This document shows, one piece after another, positions 1-11,874 of a stretch of 64,000 nt of DNA (position 1 is the stretch's first letter; the number at the start of each line of letters is the position of its first letter). The stretch is from Mobula birostris. Lineage: Eukaryota. The DNA lies in the NCBI RefSeq assembly GCF_030028105.1, contig NC_092370.1:75442098-75506097 (forward strand). Reading direction: 5' to 3'. The notes beneath the pieces were generated by a model that was given only the letters and a program-made list of their open reading frames with translations, searched no databases and was not told where the DNA came from. A program made the position numbers and the translations under genes.

Positions 1-118
1 CATCTGCAGGTTCTCTCCTTGTCACATTTTCAAATAATTTGAACTAATTTGTCAAACATAATTCACCTTTCACAAAACCAGGTTGATAAGGTATGATTAT
101 CTCCACCATAACTAAATA

Positions 119-215
119 GGACCATAAGATATAGGAACAGATTTGTCCATTTAGCCCATCGAGTCTGCTCCCCCATTCCAACATGGCTGATTTATCATTT
201 CCCACAACCCCATTC
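119..215 (-). mobile_element. CR1 LINE 3' end fragment
   Basis: gaccataagatataggaacag...ccattcc is the reverse complement of a CR1 3' tail; a near-identical motif occurs at 63900-64000. Boundaries approximate. Confidence 0.65.
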
Positions 216-379
216 TTGAGCAGCTCAATCTGGGACACCTGTTTCTCGGTTAACCTCATGCATATTCCTTTCAAAATGGTTGGATTTGAGCTTTGTCCAC
301 ATCTCACAGGAGCCTCAGGGAGGGGAAACTCCTCTGCTCCCTCCTCTAGGCTTCCTGGAATGGATGGAGTGAGACCCGG

Positions 380-1098
380 AATCAGGAAACAGTTGTTCAA
401 ATGCCAGTACTTGGACCCTGCCTGCGTAGGCAGCAGATTAAGCTCCGCCCAGACCAGGCAGTGGTCCGAGAACAGCACTGGCTGCGTGGAGGCTGCCGAC
501 ATAGAGGAGATATGTGTCCTGGAAACATACAGTCAGTCGAGTTGCGAAACTTCTCGTCCTCCCCCCATTCTGGAAAAGGCACAGGAGTCAGAGTGGAGGC
601 TCCGCCAGATGCTGACCAAAGCAACCAGCTCCCTCAACAGCTGCATTGACGCTCAACTGCCCTGAGGACCACAGCGATCTCTCTCCTTGAGGGTACAATT
701 GAAATCATCCCCGCGGACAACCCACTCGCCTCTGTCAATGGAGCCCAACGGCACAGCAAAACAAACACGTCTGCATCGGGCCGGGCTCAGGGGCGTACAC
801 AATAACAAAGTGGAACAACACAACATCCAAACACATGGCAAAATGCAGCAGGCAGCCTGGCTCAAGCCTGTTTATTTTCAGTATCTCTGGCTGGAAATTT
901 GGGGCCAATAATATCATCCGCTTGAATTAGAACTGAGGTGCTCAGTTAGACACTCCCATGTCTTTCGAGCCAGGTGAATTTATCTGCTGGAACGGTGTGG
1001 GTTTCCTGCAGGAATCTCAGGAATTCCCTCAGAACCGAGAGATGGTGGAACCTGCAGTAAGACTCCCTGATATTAATACTTGCTACTGTGACCTTCAT
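380..1098 (-). pseudogene. Tx1 ORF2 APE-type endonuclease remnant
   Basis: QETH, GDFN-like, SDH and W(H)LN motifs in the correct order, interrupted by stops and frameshifts. Confidence 0.8.
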
Positions 1099-2204
1099 GA
1101 CAGTGCTGTATCTTCTTGCCAGTGCCCTGGCTAGTGGGAACAGGCCGTCTTACCCTGTGCCTCTGCACCACTAGCAGGACTTTCAGGAACTCCCCGAAAC
1201 AGCTTTGCTCCCTCCCAGCTGCTTCCGAATCCCTCCCCTTTTGAGGGATGGTGTGGTCGGATCACACAACCCCAGACAGGTCAGTCAGCAGCTAGTCAGG
1301 CCTTATACTGATTGCACCAAGAGTCAGCTAAGAACTCCCAAATTTCCTTCATGGTGAAAGTCTGACACTCTCTGCTGGGGATAATCTCCTCTGCCATCTT
1401 GGCTTCAAAAGAGTCCTTCTCATCACATCACAGCATCCCAGGTCATCCTCACTGTCCTGTTCGCACATGCACACCCCACTACTGGAAACAGCCTCGCCAA
1501 GCGACCCCCCGCCCCCCCCCCCCCCACAGCCATGGAAGCTGGTTTCAGGGCCAGGGGAGATCCCACTTCCCCTGGATCATCAACAAAACAGTTCCTGGTA
1601 CTGGGTAGAGCTGCCCCTCTGCTTGCCAATACTGCTCTCTAACATGTCCCCCACAGCCAGTTTGGGCATCCCATCAGCCTCCTCAAAGTCCAAAAGAAGG
1701 GCTTGAGCCACCTTGGCCTCACCAATCTCTGCACCCGGGTTCCCTTATTCACCCACCACTGGGGTAAGACATGGAGGAACTGCGACCATCGGGACCCCGA
1801 CACTCTGTTCCTTTGGTGAGGACAGTGATCCAGAAGTACTCCCAGTCCCATCAGATCCCAGGGCCCAATGACCTCCAGAAGTGAGCTTTGTTTCTACAGA
1901 AGCTACAAAGCAAGAGACAGCCCCCACAGGCGACCCCCTGCCACAAGTAACCCCTGCTCTGCTGTATCAATCCCCTCCCCAGTGGACGCATGCTCCGAGC
2001 ACTCCACTCTACCCGAGGACAAATCATTCCCCTTAGACAACTTCTGTTTGGCAGGGACCCATCAAACCAGAAGCTACAAGCTCAGGAGCTGCAGTCCCAG
2101 CACAGACTGAGTCTCTTCTCATGGATGGCCTGAATGATAAGACCATTGTCCTACTTCAGGGAGGCATGCCCCAAGCATGCAGCCTTTTTAAAATTTTTAA
2201 ACAT

Positions 2205-2478
2205 TTTATTGAGATACAGAATGGAGTAGGCCCTTCTAGCCCTTTGAGCTCAGCCATCCTGCAATTCCCCAATTTAGCTCTAGCCTAACCATGGGACAAT
2301 TTACAATGACCAATTAACCAACAAACCGGTACGTCTTTGGGCTGTGGGAGGAAACTGGAGCACCCGGAGGAAACCCACGCAGTCACTGGGAGAATGTACA
2401 AACTCCTTACAGGCAGCAGTGGGAATTGAACCCTCGTCACTGGTATTGTAAAGTTTTGTGCTAACCACTATGCTATGT
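2205..2478 (-). mobile_element. HE1-type V-SINE nested in the Tx1 ORF1 region
   Basis: tgggaggaaactggagcacccggaggaaacccacgcagtcac is the reverse complement of the V-domain core; tRNA-like head (gaattgaaccc...taaccactatgc) at the right end. Confidence 0.8.
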
Positions 2479-3591
2479 TTGTGGGGATAAATCTTCCCCC
2501 TTAGTCGGTTCTGTCTTCAGATTCAGATGACGTGTGCCTCCTCCTTTTTGTACCACCAATGCAGGGAGCTCCAGTGACCTCCATTTTGGAGGAATTCTTG
2601 ATCCTCAGCCCCACATCCTCCCTCATGGCTTTGCCAGGCCCTCACTGAGCCACAGTGATATCTGTACCCTCCCAGCTGAAACTAAGGGAAGGCCCTGGCT
2701 CCTTGTCCTGTGGTGGAGAGGCCTGGAGATCTTTTTTCTTCCTCTTAGCCTTCCTGCTCTTTATCTTAACACACTCCTCTTTGCCAATCGTGCTGTGCTC
2801 TTGCCCGCCACCCTCTGCCACAGGGTCAGGAAGGACAATGGGGGGAGGGATGGAGATTGGGAAGAAGGGCAACAGGCGGGTAGTGGGGAGGGAGGCTCTG
2901 TGATGCCCTCCTGTATCGCCATGGTGGAGTTAGCGGGCCGGCATTTAGGGCAATTCTTACCCATATGCCCAAACTCCTTGCAGGCATGTCACTGTGGCCG
3001 GCCTGTAGCTCAACGGATCCAGTAGTGTTTCCTTCCATGCTACACATTAAAGTACCCCTTAGCATCCCCCGCTTGTTCACGGTGGGGGTTTATATGTGCC
3101 CAAAACGACCTCTGTCTGGCTTGAGCAGTACGGTGACCAGCGACCTCACCTCACCCAAAGAACACATAAGTGAGAAGGTCTACTTAGGTGAAGGTGCACA
3201 TTACAGAGGGTTACCTTCTGTATGGGGCCTGTTGCCAGCTCTCGTGGCACTAAGACCCCTTCCATATTTACCCCCTTACTCAGGGCCAGGGACTCCTCTC
3301 TCGTAGACCAGAGGTGGAAAAGGGGCTTGTGATGCACCTTAGCGATCCCAATGACACCCTCATCCCCACCCACAGACACAGCCACAACAGCCAACTTCCA
3401 CCTTGCACTCAGGCGTTCAGCCATATTACAGTGCACCACGTTTTTTTAAAGAGTTATCAGGCTTAAAGGTGGAGGCCCTACAGGAGTTCCTTCACCAGAG
3501 GCTACGAATCCTGCATAGGAAATAGGTCTCGCCATTTCGGAGCTGCAGCCCGCCATGTTAAAGCCCCAGCTGTCAGAAGTCAAAATCCTGC

Positions 3592-3921
3592 TCATTTAAA
3601 CTCAGTCACTACACTTTTCAGCTTTTCAAAGAGCAGTTCGAAGAAGACAGAAATGACAGTAGTCTCCTCCGGATAGGCAGGGAACTCTGTGCAATGAAAC
3701 TCCAGTGCTTCCCTCCCAGTGCGCAGCTGGGCCACTATGATGTTCCTCCATACAAGCGGAAGTCCAAGGTATTGCCACAAGCTCTTCACCTGGCTGTCCC
3801 ATGCTGAGTACTCCAGCCGGGGTGGGCTTACAATCTTAACGAACAGAGAAGTCTCTCCTAGCTCCCTGTAAAAAGTTGCAGACATGATCCTTGCCAAGCT
3901 GCCAGCCACTGTCGCTGCCAT
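3592..3921 (-). other. Open 109-aa ORF immediately upstream of Tx1 ORF1, function unknown
   Basis: Strong Kozak context (gccATGG); stop ~35 nt before the ORF1 ATG at 3556; no recognised domain. Confidence 0.3.
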
Positions 3922-4819
3922 GGCCTGAGCGTAGACTCAACAAAACTTGGTAAAACAGCCTTCCTTCAAAAAAACTACTGCAGTCCACTGCCACAGATGA
4001 AATACCACTCTGATACACCTTCCTCCATCCTCATTTTCTGTTCTTTGGTGTTAATTCTGGCCCTCCCTCAGAAACAGCGCACCCCAGAGTCACCCTTTCT
4101 CAGAACTACCCCACTCACAGTATGACCCCTCCTCTGAACCACAATGTGAGCTCCCTCCCCCCCAAAGTGTGACACTCCCTCAATTCCACGCCTTACAATC
4201 AATCAGTTTTGGACTCTGTTCAAGAGAAAATAGTTCTGTAACTTTGCGAGGTTAGTGAACTGTAAAGCAATGACTTCTGTCTCTCTGCTCATTTTAAGTG
4301 ATCGATAATATAATCTAACCTTGAATTTAAGAACAACATTAAATATTTCCCTGCTGTTGGTGATGATTGTGTCCCACAGGCTGAGGTGATGTAGGTGTAG
4401 GCTCCTGTTACTGATTACAGAGAGTGCTGCGCAGTGAGTTGCACTTGGGACGTGCGGAGAGGCTACATTTATTAACCAGTGAGCCTATGTCTTCAGAGAG
4501 TGCCATGATCATACTGGCCGGTGGTGGCGGGGTGTGGGCTTGGGAGGCCGAGTGGCTACTGGAGTCACAGGGAGATGAGGCACAGAAGCAGGCCCTTTGG
4601 CCCATTGAGTACATGCTGACCATCAACCAGCCCTTTACACTGATCCCATTTCATTCTCCCCACATCCCCATCAACTCCAGCCAGATTCTCCCCTCACCTG
4701 CACACTGGGGGTAACTTACAGTGGCCAATTAACAAATTGCTCATCTCCACACAGATAGTGCCAGAGGTCAGGATTAAACCCCAGACTCTGGTAACCCTGA
4801 TCCTTTCTTAATGGCCTAT

Positions 4820-4880
4820 GGAGCACAGAATCGAGGCTGATATGACAATGCAGTGCTGCGTTGTTGGAGGTGCCAGCTCT
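4820..4880 (+). mobile_element. Deu-domain SINE fragment (AmnSINE1/SacSINE1-like)
   Basis: gagcacagaatcgaggctgatatgacaatgcagtgctgcgttgttggaggtgcc resembles the recalled Deu core gagcacataatctaggctgacac..tgcag..gtgctgcactgtcggaggtgcc. Confidence 0.45.
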
Positions 4881-5429
4881 GGAAGGCCACGTCCAGTTCC
4901 TCCAGGGAGCTAGTGAAACCCCAAGCAGTTCTCCATGCACACACAATATCTGACAGACACTTGGACAGGAACACGGACAGGAACGGTTTACTGAGATGTG
5001 GACCAAATGTGAGCAAATGGGACCGGCTTAGAAGGGCACCTTGGTTGACGTGGGCAAGAAGGGTCAAAGGGCACATGCCTGTGCTGTATGATTCTATAAT
5101 TCTAATACTGGTTGAACTAAAATATATTCTGAGCCGATGAGAATAAGCTGTAGTTCCTACACTTTATTTGTGACTTGCACTTAGAGGCATCCCAGTCCAA
5201 TAAGCCATTTTGGAGTTGTATGGGGTGCTATTCAAATACAAATTTCATTAGTCATTAGAAGATGCTGGTGTGCAGCTTTTTAATCAGCTCATTTCCCTCA
5301 AGGGCAGCACAGGGCGCCGTTCCATTATAACTGCATTGCGTCTTTGGTGATAGAGAAATGGAACCTTCACAACGACGTCTCAAATGTTTTTCACACTCAC
5401 TTCTATTGACTTTTTGATGGTGAATTTTC

Positions 5430-6135
5430 CCAGAGAAAGGGAAAAAACTAGAGGGTGTAGGTTTAAGGTGAGAGTGGAGAGATTTAATAGAACCTAATGG
5501 GACACTTTCTTACCCAGAGAATCAGTACTGTACATGGAATGAGTTGCCAGAGCAAGTGCTTGAGACAGGTACATTAACAAGACTTGTGGATGGGTATATG
5601 GAGAGGAAGTGTTTAGAACACAGAATAGAGCAGCACAGTACAGGCCCTTTGGTGCATGATGTTGTGCCAACTTCTCAATCTAGTCCAAGATCAATCCATG
5701 CTTCATTCCCACATAACTCTCCATTTTTCTTTCATCTATGTGCCTATCTAAGAGTCTCTTAAACTTCCCTAATGTATTCGCCTCTACCACCACTCTATGT
5801 ACCCGGTAGTCTGTAAAAATCCTACTTCTGAGTTCTTAAACTTTGCGCTAAACTTTCCTCCACTCACCTTGAAAGGTATTGGCCATTGCTGCCCAGGGAA
5901 AAGAGGTGCTGGCTGTCCACTCGATCTATGCCTCTTATCATCTTGTACACCTCTATCGAGTTGCCTCTCATCTTCCTTCACTTGAAGAGAAAAGCCTTAG
6001 CTTGTTCAGCTTTTCCTCAAATGACATGTTCTCTAAACCAGGCATCACCCTGGTAAAATCTTCTCTGCACCTTCTCTAAAGCTCCCACATCCTCTTATAA
6101 TAAGGTGATCAGAACTAAACAAAATACCCCAAATG
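5430..6135. mobile_element. Two CR1 3' fragments in opposite orientation (+ ~5430-5615; - ~5615-6135)
   Basis: gtttaaggtgagagtggagagatttaa..ttgccagag on +; agcacagtacaggccctt..aactttcctccactcacctt on -. Confidence 0.7.
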
Positions 6136-6169
6136 TGACACAATACTCAAAGGCAGGAGAGATATATCA

Positions 6170-7030
6170 AGAAGAAGATGGCAGCGGCGAACAATACGAC
6201 CAAGGGCAATATCCTCCAGACAGTTCACATCTTCTTCCACAACTTCTTTTTCTTTCAAAAGTGGTTCTGCTACCGTTGGAGCTTGGAGTCTACATTTTGG
6301 TGGGTGTTTTTCAGGCCCACTAAGCTATCTGGTGCTTTGCTGTCTCTGAGGTTGCTCGGTGAGGCGTGTGGCTTCAAGACCAAGAAGCCTGGAGGTGGGG
6401 TGCAAGCCCACGATCAACTCTATTTATCTCCAGTTAAAGTGTCGAGGAAGATTGAAATCATCCAGGCGTGAGTGGGTGTTCAGCGCCATCTCTGATCCTT
6501 TCAGTTGCTACTACTGGTGGAAGGTCCCTGGTTTCGAACGTTCTCTCTCTCTCAATGCTGTTGGAATCCTGAATCTTGGGCAAAGTTTCACTGATGTGAT
6601 TTGTGGACTGGACTCTGTAGCTCACGTTACGATGTGTTTCTAGTTGCTCTTTTTTCCGTTGCCATTTTGGGCGATTTTTGATTGGGGCAGCCTGCGGATA
6701 ACAAACTGAATATTCAAGCTGAACTGAATATGCCTGGCAACACATACAAAATGCTGGTGAACGCAGCAGGCCAGGCAGCCTCAGCATCTGCAGATTTCCT
6801 CGTGTTTGCGCTGAATATGCCTGGGCTCTTTCAGTTTTGTGCTATTATATTCTGTGTTTATTGCTCCTTTTTTTTGCTATTTGCACCTTTTGTTTTTTTG
6901 CACATGGGGGGGGTTGATATTTTTCTTTGAACAGGTTCTATGTTTTTTTTTGTTTCATGGCTGTCTGTGGGAAGATGAATCTCAGGGTTGTATACTACAT
7001 TCATACTTTGATAATAAATGTACTTTTAAT
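6170..7030 (+). mobile_element. Non-coding retro-element with Rex1-like 3' tail
   Basis: Starts with gaagatggcagcggcg; ends with catactttgataataaatgtactttt; contains a short Penelope-derived piece at ~6740-6805. Confidence 0.5.
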
Positions 7031-7059
7031 CTTTGGATATGGGCCAAATGCAGGGTATT

Positions 7060-7730
7060 AGGAGCTAGCGGGAACAGGTCCTGCTCTCGGGGCCTCACAA
7101 CTGGCTGCTTTTTGACGTCCCAAGGATGTGGCCTGGAAGATGATCATGCCTTCAGGGTTCCGGGATTTCGTGGCTCTGGAGACGTGCTGATTCTAGGCCG
7201 GTTCCCCTGACTGAAGCATCGCGGGAGAACAGAGATCATCGGGAGCAGCGGGTTAGCTGCCAGGGATCGTGTCTGGAGAGCTGTGGCTTTTTGGTGCCGT
7301 CTCTCTGGGCACAGAGCTCGGAAAAAGCGACGCAACAGACTTCTAACATCTTAAATTATCGAGATGTTTGTCATGTCTCCTCTTTCACTGTGAAACAGAG
7401 GCACATCTTTTTCCCCTTATTAGGGGGAGAGAGAGGGCCTGTGGTATGTCGAATTATTGGTGAACGAGTAGTTTTTAGGATACTGCAAGCCTGTGTCTTT
7501 ATTGATGCTTTGCTGCACGCATAAGTGTTCAGTGGAGGGTTCTGATGCTTTTTTGCTGGTGGGGGTGGGGGGGTTGTTGCCTTGCTGCTTGTGCGTGGGA
7601 GGGGGAGTTAGGGGTCTTTGGGGTTCTGATGTTTTAACATCATTCATTCTTTGGGGCACTCTGTTTTCGTGGATGTCTGCAAAGAAAAAAACTCAGGGTG
7701 TATATTGTATACATTTCTCTGACGTTAAGT
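7060..7730 (+). mobile_element. Non-autonomous repeat, copy 1 (related to 26525-27335 and 39905-40715)
   Basis: Shared blocks gcacagagytcgraaaaag.gacg, cccttattagg..gagagagag..tgtcgaattat and tatattgtatacatttctctgac. Confidence 0.7.
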
Positions 7731-8528
7731 GCACATCTTGGCCAGCATGACAAGTTGGGCCAAAGGGCCTGTTTCTATGTGGTATGAACTGGAGGATAAT
7801 GTGGTATGACTCTATGAATAGGAAACTCTCTAATGACGCTGAAAAATTTGGAGTGTACTTCAGAAGCTATGGGATACAGGACAGAATAGAGCAGTGAGGT
7901 AAGATATCAACACGAGCTTCTGAGTGCAGGAACAGGGAAAAGGCTGAATGGCCAACTCCTGAGTCTATTGCTTACGTTTTCATTGAGAATGAGGTTGAGA
8001 TTACTCACAGATGAAATCACCAAGCGAACCATAGGGCAGCTGGGAGCCACAGCAGACCGCGGCCTACGATAATTTCCACATCAAACTCAAGAAACTTATC
8101 ATTTGTGCTTGGAATCCATGTCCTCAGCACTCTTGGACAAAGAGTTTCTACAGGGATTTATTGAATTTGTTAGTGAGCACTTTATGATCACACAATATCC
8201 CTCTAGATCTTTCCCATCCATGTTTAAGCATTGAAATTGTACCTGCCTCAACTACTTTCTCTGACAAAATGTTCCATATACCCACTGCTCTCTGTGTGGA
8301 AAACATTGCTCCTCAGATCACTTTTAAATCTTTTCCCTCTCACCTTAAATCTATGCCGTCTGGTTTTAGACTCCCCTGCAACGGGGAGAGGACTGACCAT
8401 GCATGTTAACTATGCACCCATGATCTTATACCCATGTAAGGTCTGCCCTTACCCTCCTTTGCTTCCAGAAAAAAGTCTCAGGCTGTCTAATCTTTCCTTA
8501 TAACCCAAGCCCTCTGCCCTGGCAAGAA

Positions 8529-9995
8529 AGTTCAAAGTACATATATGTCACCATATACAACCCTGAGATTCATTTTCTTGCAAGAAACATGATAGTCACA
8601 CACCAGGACAGACAATGTGCAAAAGACATTAAACTATACAAATACAAAAAATTAATAAAAATAATAACAAAAGCAATAAATTTTGAGAACATGAGATGAA
8701 AAGTCCTTGTAAGTGAGTTTATCAGTTGTGGGAACATTTCAGTGATGGAGTGAGTAAAGCTGAGTGAAGTCATTCCCTCTGGCTTAGGAGCCTAATGGCT
8801 GAGGGGTAATAACTGTTCCTTAACCTGGTGGCGTGGATCCTGAGGCTCCTGTACTTTTTTCCTGATGGCAGCAGCAAGAAGAGAGCATGGCCTGGGTGGT
8901 GTGGGTCCCTGATGATGGATGCTGCTTTCCTGTAACAGTGCTCCGTGTAGATGTACTCCGTGGTGGGGAGGGCTTTACCCTCTGATAGACTGGGCCATAT
9001 CCACTACTTTTTTGTAGGAATTTCCATTCAAGGGCATTGGTGTTAGCATGCAGACAGTGATGCAACCAATTCATAAACTCTACAAAAATACAACAGAAGT
9101 TTGTCAAAGTTTTAGATGCCATGCCGAAACTTCGCAAACTTCTACAGTAGAGGTGCTGCCGTGCTTTCTTCGTAATTGCACTTACATGCTGGGCCCAGAA
9201 CAGATACTCTGAAATGATAACACCGAGGAATCTGAAGTTGCTGACCCTCTCTACCTCTAATTCCCTGATGAGGACTGGCTCATGGACCTCAAGATTCATC
9301 TTCCTGGTCAGTAATCAGCTCCTTCGTCTTGCTGACATTTAGTAAAAGGTTGACTGAGTGGCGCCGTAACAACATTCTCCTTCCTATGTGCTGATTCGTC
9401 ACTTTGATTCGGCCAACGATAGTGGTGTTGTTAGCAAACTTGAATATGGCATTGAAGCTGTGCTTAGCCACACAGACATTAGTGTATAGCAAGTAGAGAA
9501 GGGAGCCAAGCATACAGCCTTGTGTTTCACCTGTGCTGATTCAGACTGTGGAGGAGATGTTGCTACCAATCGAAACTGACTGGCATCTGAAAGTGAGGAA
9601 ATCGAGGATCCAGCTGCACAAGGAGGCATTGAGGTCAAAGTCTTATTGATTAGTTTTGAGGGGATGATGTAATTGAATGCCAGGCTGTAGTTGAGGAACA
9701 GCTTCCGGGTGCGTGCATACTTGCAGTCCAGATGTTCAAGGGTTGAGTGAAAGGACATTGAAATGGCATCTGTGATGGGCCTGTTGTGCCTGGAGGTGAA
9801 CTGGAGTGGATCGAAGTGGCTTCTCAGGCAGGAATTGATAGGTTTCATCACCAACCTCTCAAACACTTCATCACAGTGGATTTACGTGCTACTGGATGTT
9901 AGTCAATAAGGCAGGCTACCACATTCTTCTCAGGCACTGGTATAATTGAAACTTACTTGAAACAGGTGGGTACCTCAGACTGTCCAAGTGAGACT
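8529..9995 (-). mobile_element. Rex1/Babar LINE, RT C-terminal half and 3' UTR
   Basis: FERLVM..DPLQF, NYSLAFN.IIPSKLI, KTKELI, ITKKARQHLY..SLRSFGM.SKTLTNF in ORFs 8820-9866. Confidence 0.9.
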
Positions 9996-10264
9996 TTAAA
10001 GCGAAGCCTTGTTACCTATGTGGTTTTGTTTCACATAGCATTCAAGCCCTTCTACAGCTGTCAAGCATCCTTCAGTGATTCAAGTTGAAAACATCCTTGT
10101 GTACCTTTCCCAGCTTAATAATATCCTTCCTAATTCCCATTGCTTTTTTGGGTGACTAGAAATACATATAATACTCCAAGTGTGGACTCACCAATGTCTT
10201 GTATAACTGGTTCCAATTCCTGCAATCAATGCACCCCATTTAAAGACATTCTTCCTGCTTTTGA

Positions 10265-10675
10265 GGGCATGCTTTATGAGGAAAGGTTGAGCGAGAAAGG
10301 CTATTCCTCTTTGGAGTGAAGAATAAGAGTGTAAAACTTAATAGAGGTGTAAAAGATGATGAGATGCATATAGAGTGGGCAGCTAGAGACGTTTGCTGCT
10401 GGACTGTAATGGCTAATATGAGGGGGCACTATTTTTAAGGTGATTGGAGGAAAGTTATGGGGAGGGAATGTCAAAAGTGATTTTTTTTTCATACTTAAGA
10501 GTGGTGGGTGCATGAAACATGCGGCCAGGGGTGTGTAGATAGGCAGATATATTTAAGGGACTTGGCACACGATGAAAGAAAAATGGAGGACTATGTGGGA
10601 GGGAAGGGTTAAGTTGATCTTGTGTGGCACAACATCGTGGGCCAAAGTGCGTGTACTGGTCTGTGTTCTTTCTAT
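10265..10675 (+). mobile_element. CR1 3' fragment
   Basis: ttatgaggaaaggttgagcgag..tttaaggtgattggaggaaagt..ggcacaacatcgtgggcc. Confidence 0.8.
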
Positions 10676-10832
10676 AGCTGGGCAATCAGATTCACGCCAA
10701 GACGCAACTGCAGGTGAAGGATCTCGGCCTGAAATGTCTACTGTCCACCCTCCCATAGATGCTGCCTAACCTGTTGAGTTCCTCCAGCAACTTGTGGGAC
10801 CAGGCAAAGAGATCACACTCCATTGCTCTTAC

Positions 10833-10931
10833 CTGCAACTGGATATTAATGTTGCATCTCCTGTTGAGCAAAGTCTCCACCACTGAGTTGTGTCCATACT
10901 GACTGGCAATGGACAGAGGAGTGGCACCATC
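10833..10931 (-). CDS. ANKRD29: Ankyrin repeat domain 29, coding exon 5 (DGATPLSIASQYGHNSVVETLLNRRCNINIQLQ)
   Basis: 99-nt phase-0 exon between cag and gtaaga; one ankyrin repeat matching recalled human DGGTALLAASQYGHMQVVETLLKHGANIHDQLY. Confidence 0.93.
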
Positions 10932-11369
10932 CTGTGCAGGGAACACACAGAGAATTCAGTTCACCCATATAGAATTGGAATTCATTTATTGTCACAGTAC
11001 CAAGATACAATGAAAAGCTGGTCCTGCATACTGCTCATACAGATTAAATCATTACACAGTGCATGAAAAGATTAGAACAATTACAATAGAAGTAGAGAGT
11101 AGACCCGCAGGGAGCAACTTGCAATGAGTCTCCATGTTCCAGCCCCATGTTGCATCCATCTTCAATTCTACTTTTGTATCCATATATTGTTCGACATGTA
11201 TTGCCAATCTGTTAGTTGTGTCTTAAAAGTTAAAATGCCATTTTTTAAAAACATGAGCTATCTGTTAAAAAAAAATACAACAAAAGAATGGACCAGGATT
11301 GATCAGTGGAGTGAGTCTATTGGAAACTCAATGAAAATGGGATTTGGAAAGGATGTTCCCTTATCTCCT

Positions 11370-11850
11370 GGCAGCATACAAGAGTGAAACAGATTGGCTG
11401 GTTGAGTGGTGTTGCAATAGTAACTTTGCATTCAATGTCAGCAAGGTCAATGAATTGATTGTGGACTTTAGGAAAGGGGAGTCAGGAGATCACAGAGGCA
11501 TCTGCAGTGGAAAGGGTGAGCAGCTCCAAGAAACATTATTTGAGAATTGTTGCCTCAAGAAAGTGACACCATCATTAAGGACTCTCACAAAGTGGGACGT
11601 ACCCTATTCTCATTACTGCCTTCAGGGAGGTGTGGCAGAAACCTGAAAACTCACAGTCAATGATTCAGGAACAACTTCTTCCCTTCTGCCATCAGATTTC
11701 TGAATGGTCCATGAACTCACAAATGCCTTTGTTATTCCTTTCTTATTGCACTATTCATTTATTTTGTAATTTATAGTAATTTTGCCTTTGCACTGTACTG
11801 CTGCCACAAAACAACAAATTTCACATCAGTGATAATAAACCTGATTCTGA
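11370..11850 (+). mobile_element. Rex1/Babar 3' fragment, internally deleted
   Basis: WLVEWC.NSN.AFNVSK.NELIVDFRK; tail gataataaacctgattctga. Confidence 0.8.
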
Positions 11851-11874
11851 GGGACATTCTGCTCATTAATTTTG

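Larger units (their letters stand above)
380..4190 (-). mobile_element. Decayed Tx1/L1-clade LINE (5' region, ORF1 and the endonuclease part of ORF2)
   Basis: ORF1 remnant from ATG 3556 (MAGCSSEMARPISYAGFV..) with a broken CCHC knuckle (*HACKEFGHMGKNCPK, ~2945-2990). ORF2 from ATG 1098 (MKVTVASINI..FLQETHT), with GDDFNCTL..DR and FSDH..V..GSKYWHLNN apurinic-endonuclease motifs. Outer boundaries approximate. Confidence 0.8.

Noticed and set aside
5256-5327. NGTAPCAALEGNE... on the minus strand as an ANKRD29 exon
   Set aside because: Only the first residues resemble an ankyrin start; there is no AG immediately before it and an in-frame stop follows after 23 codons.
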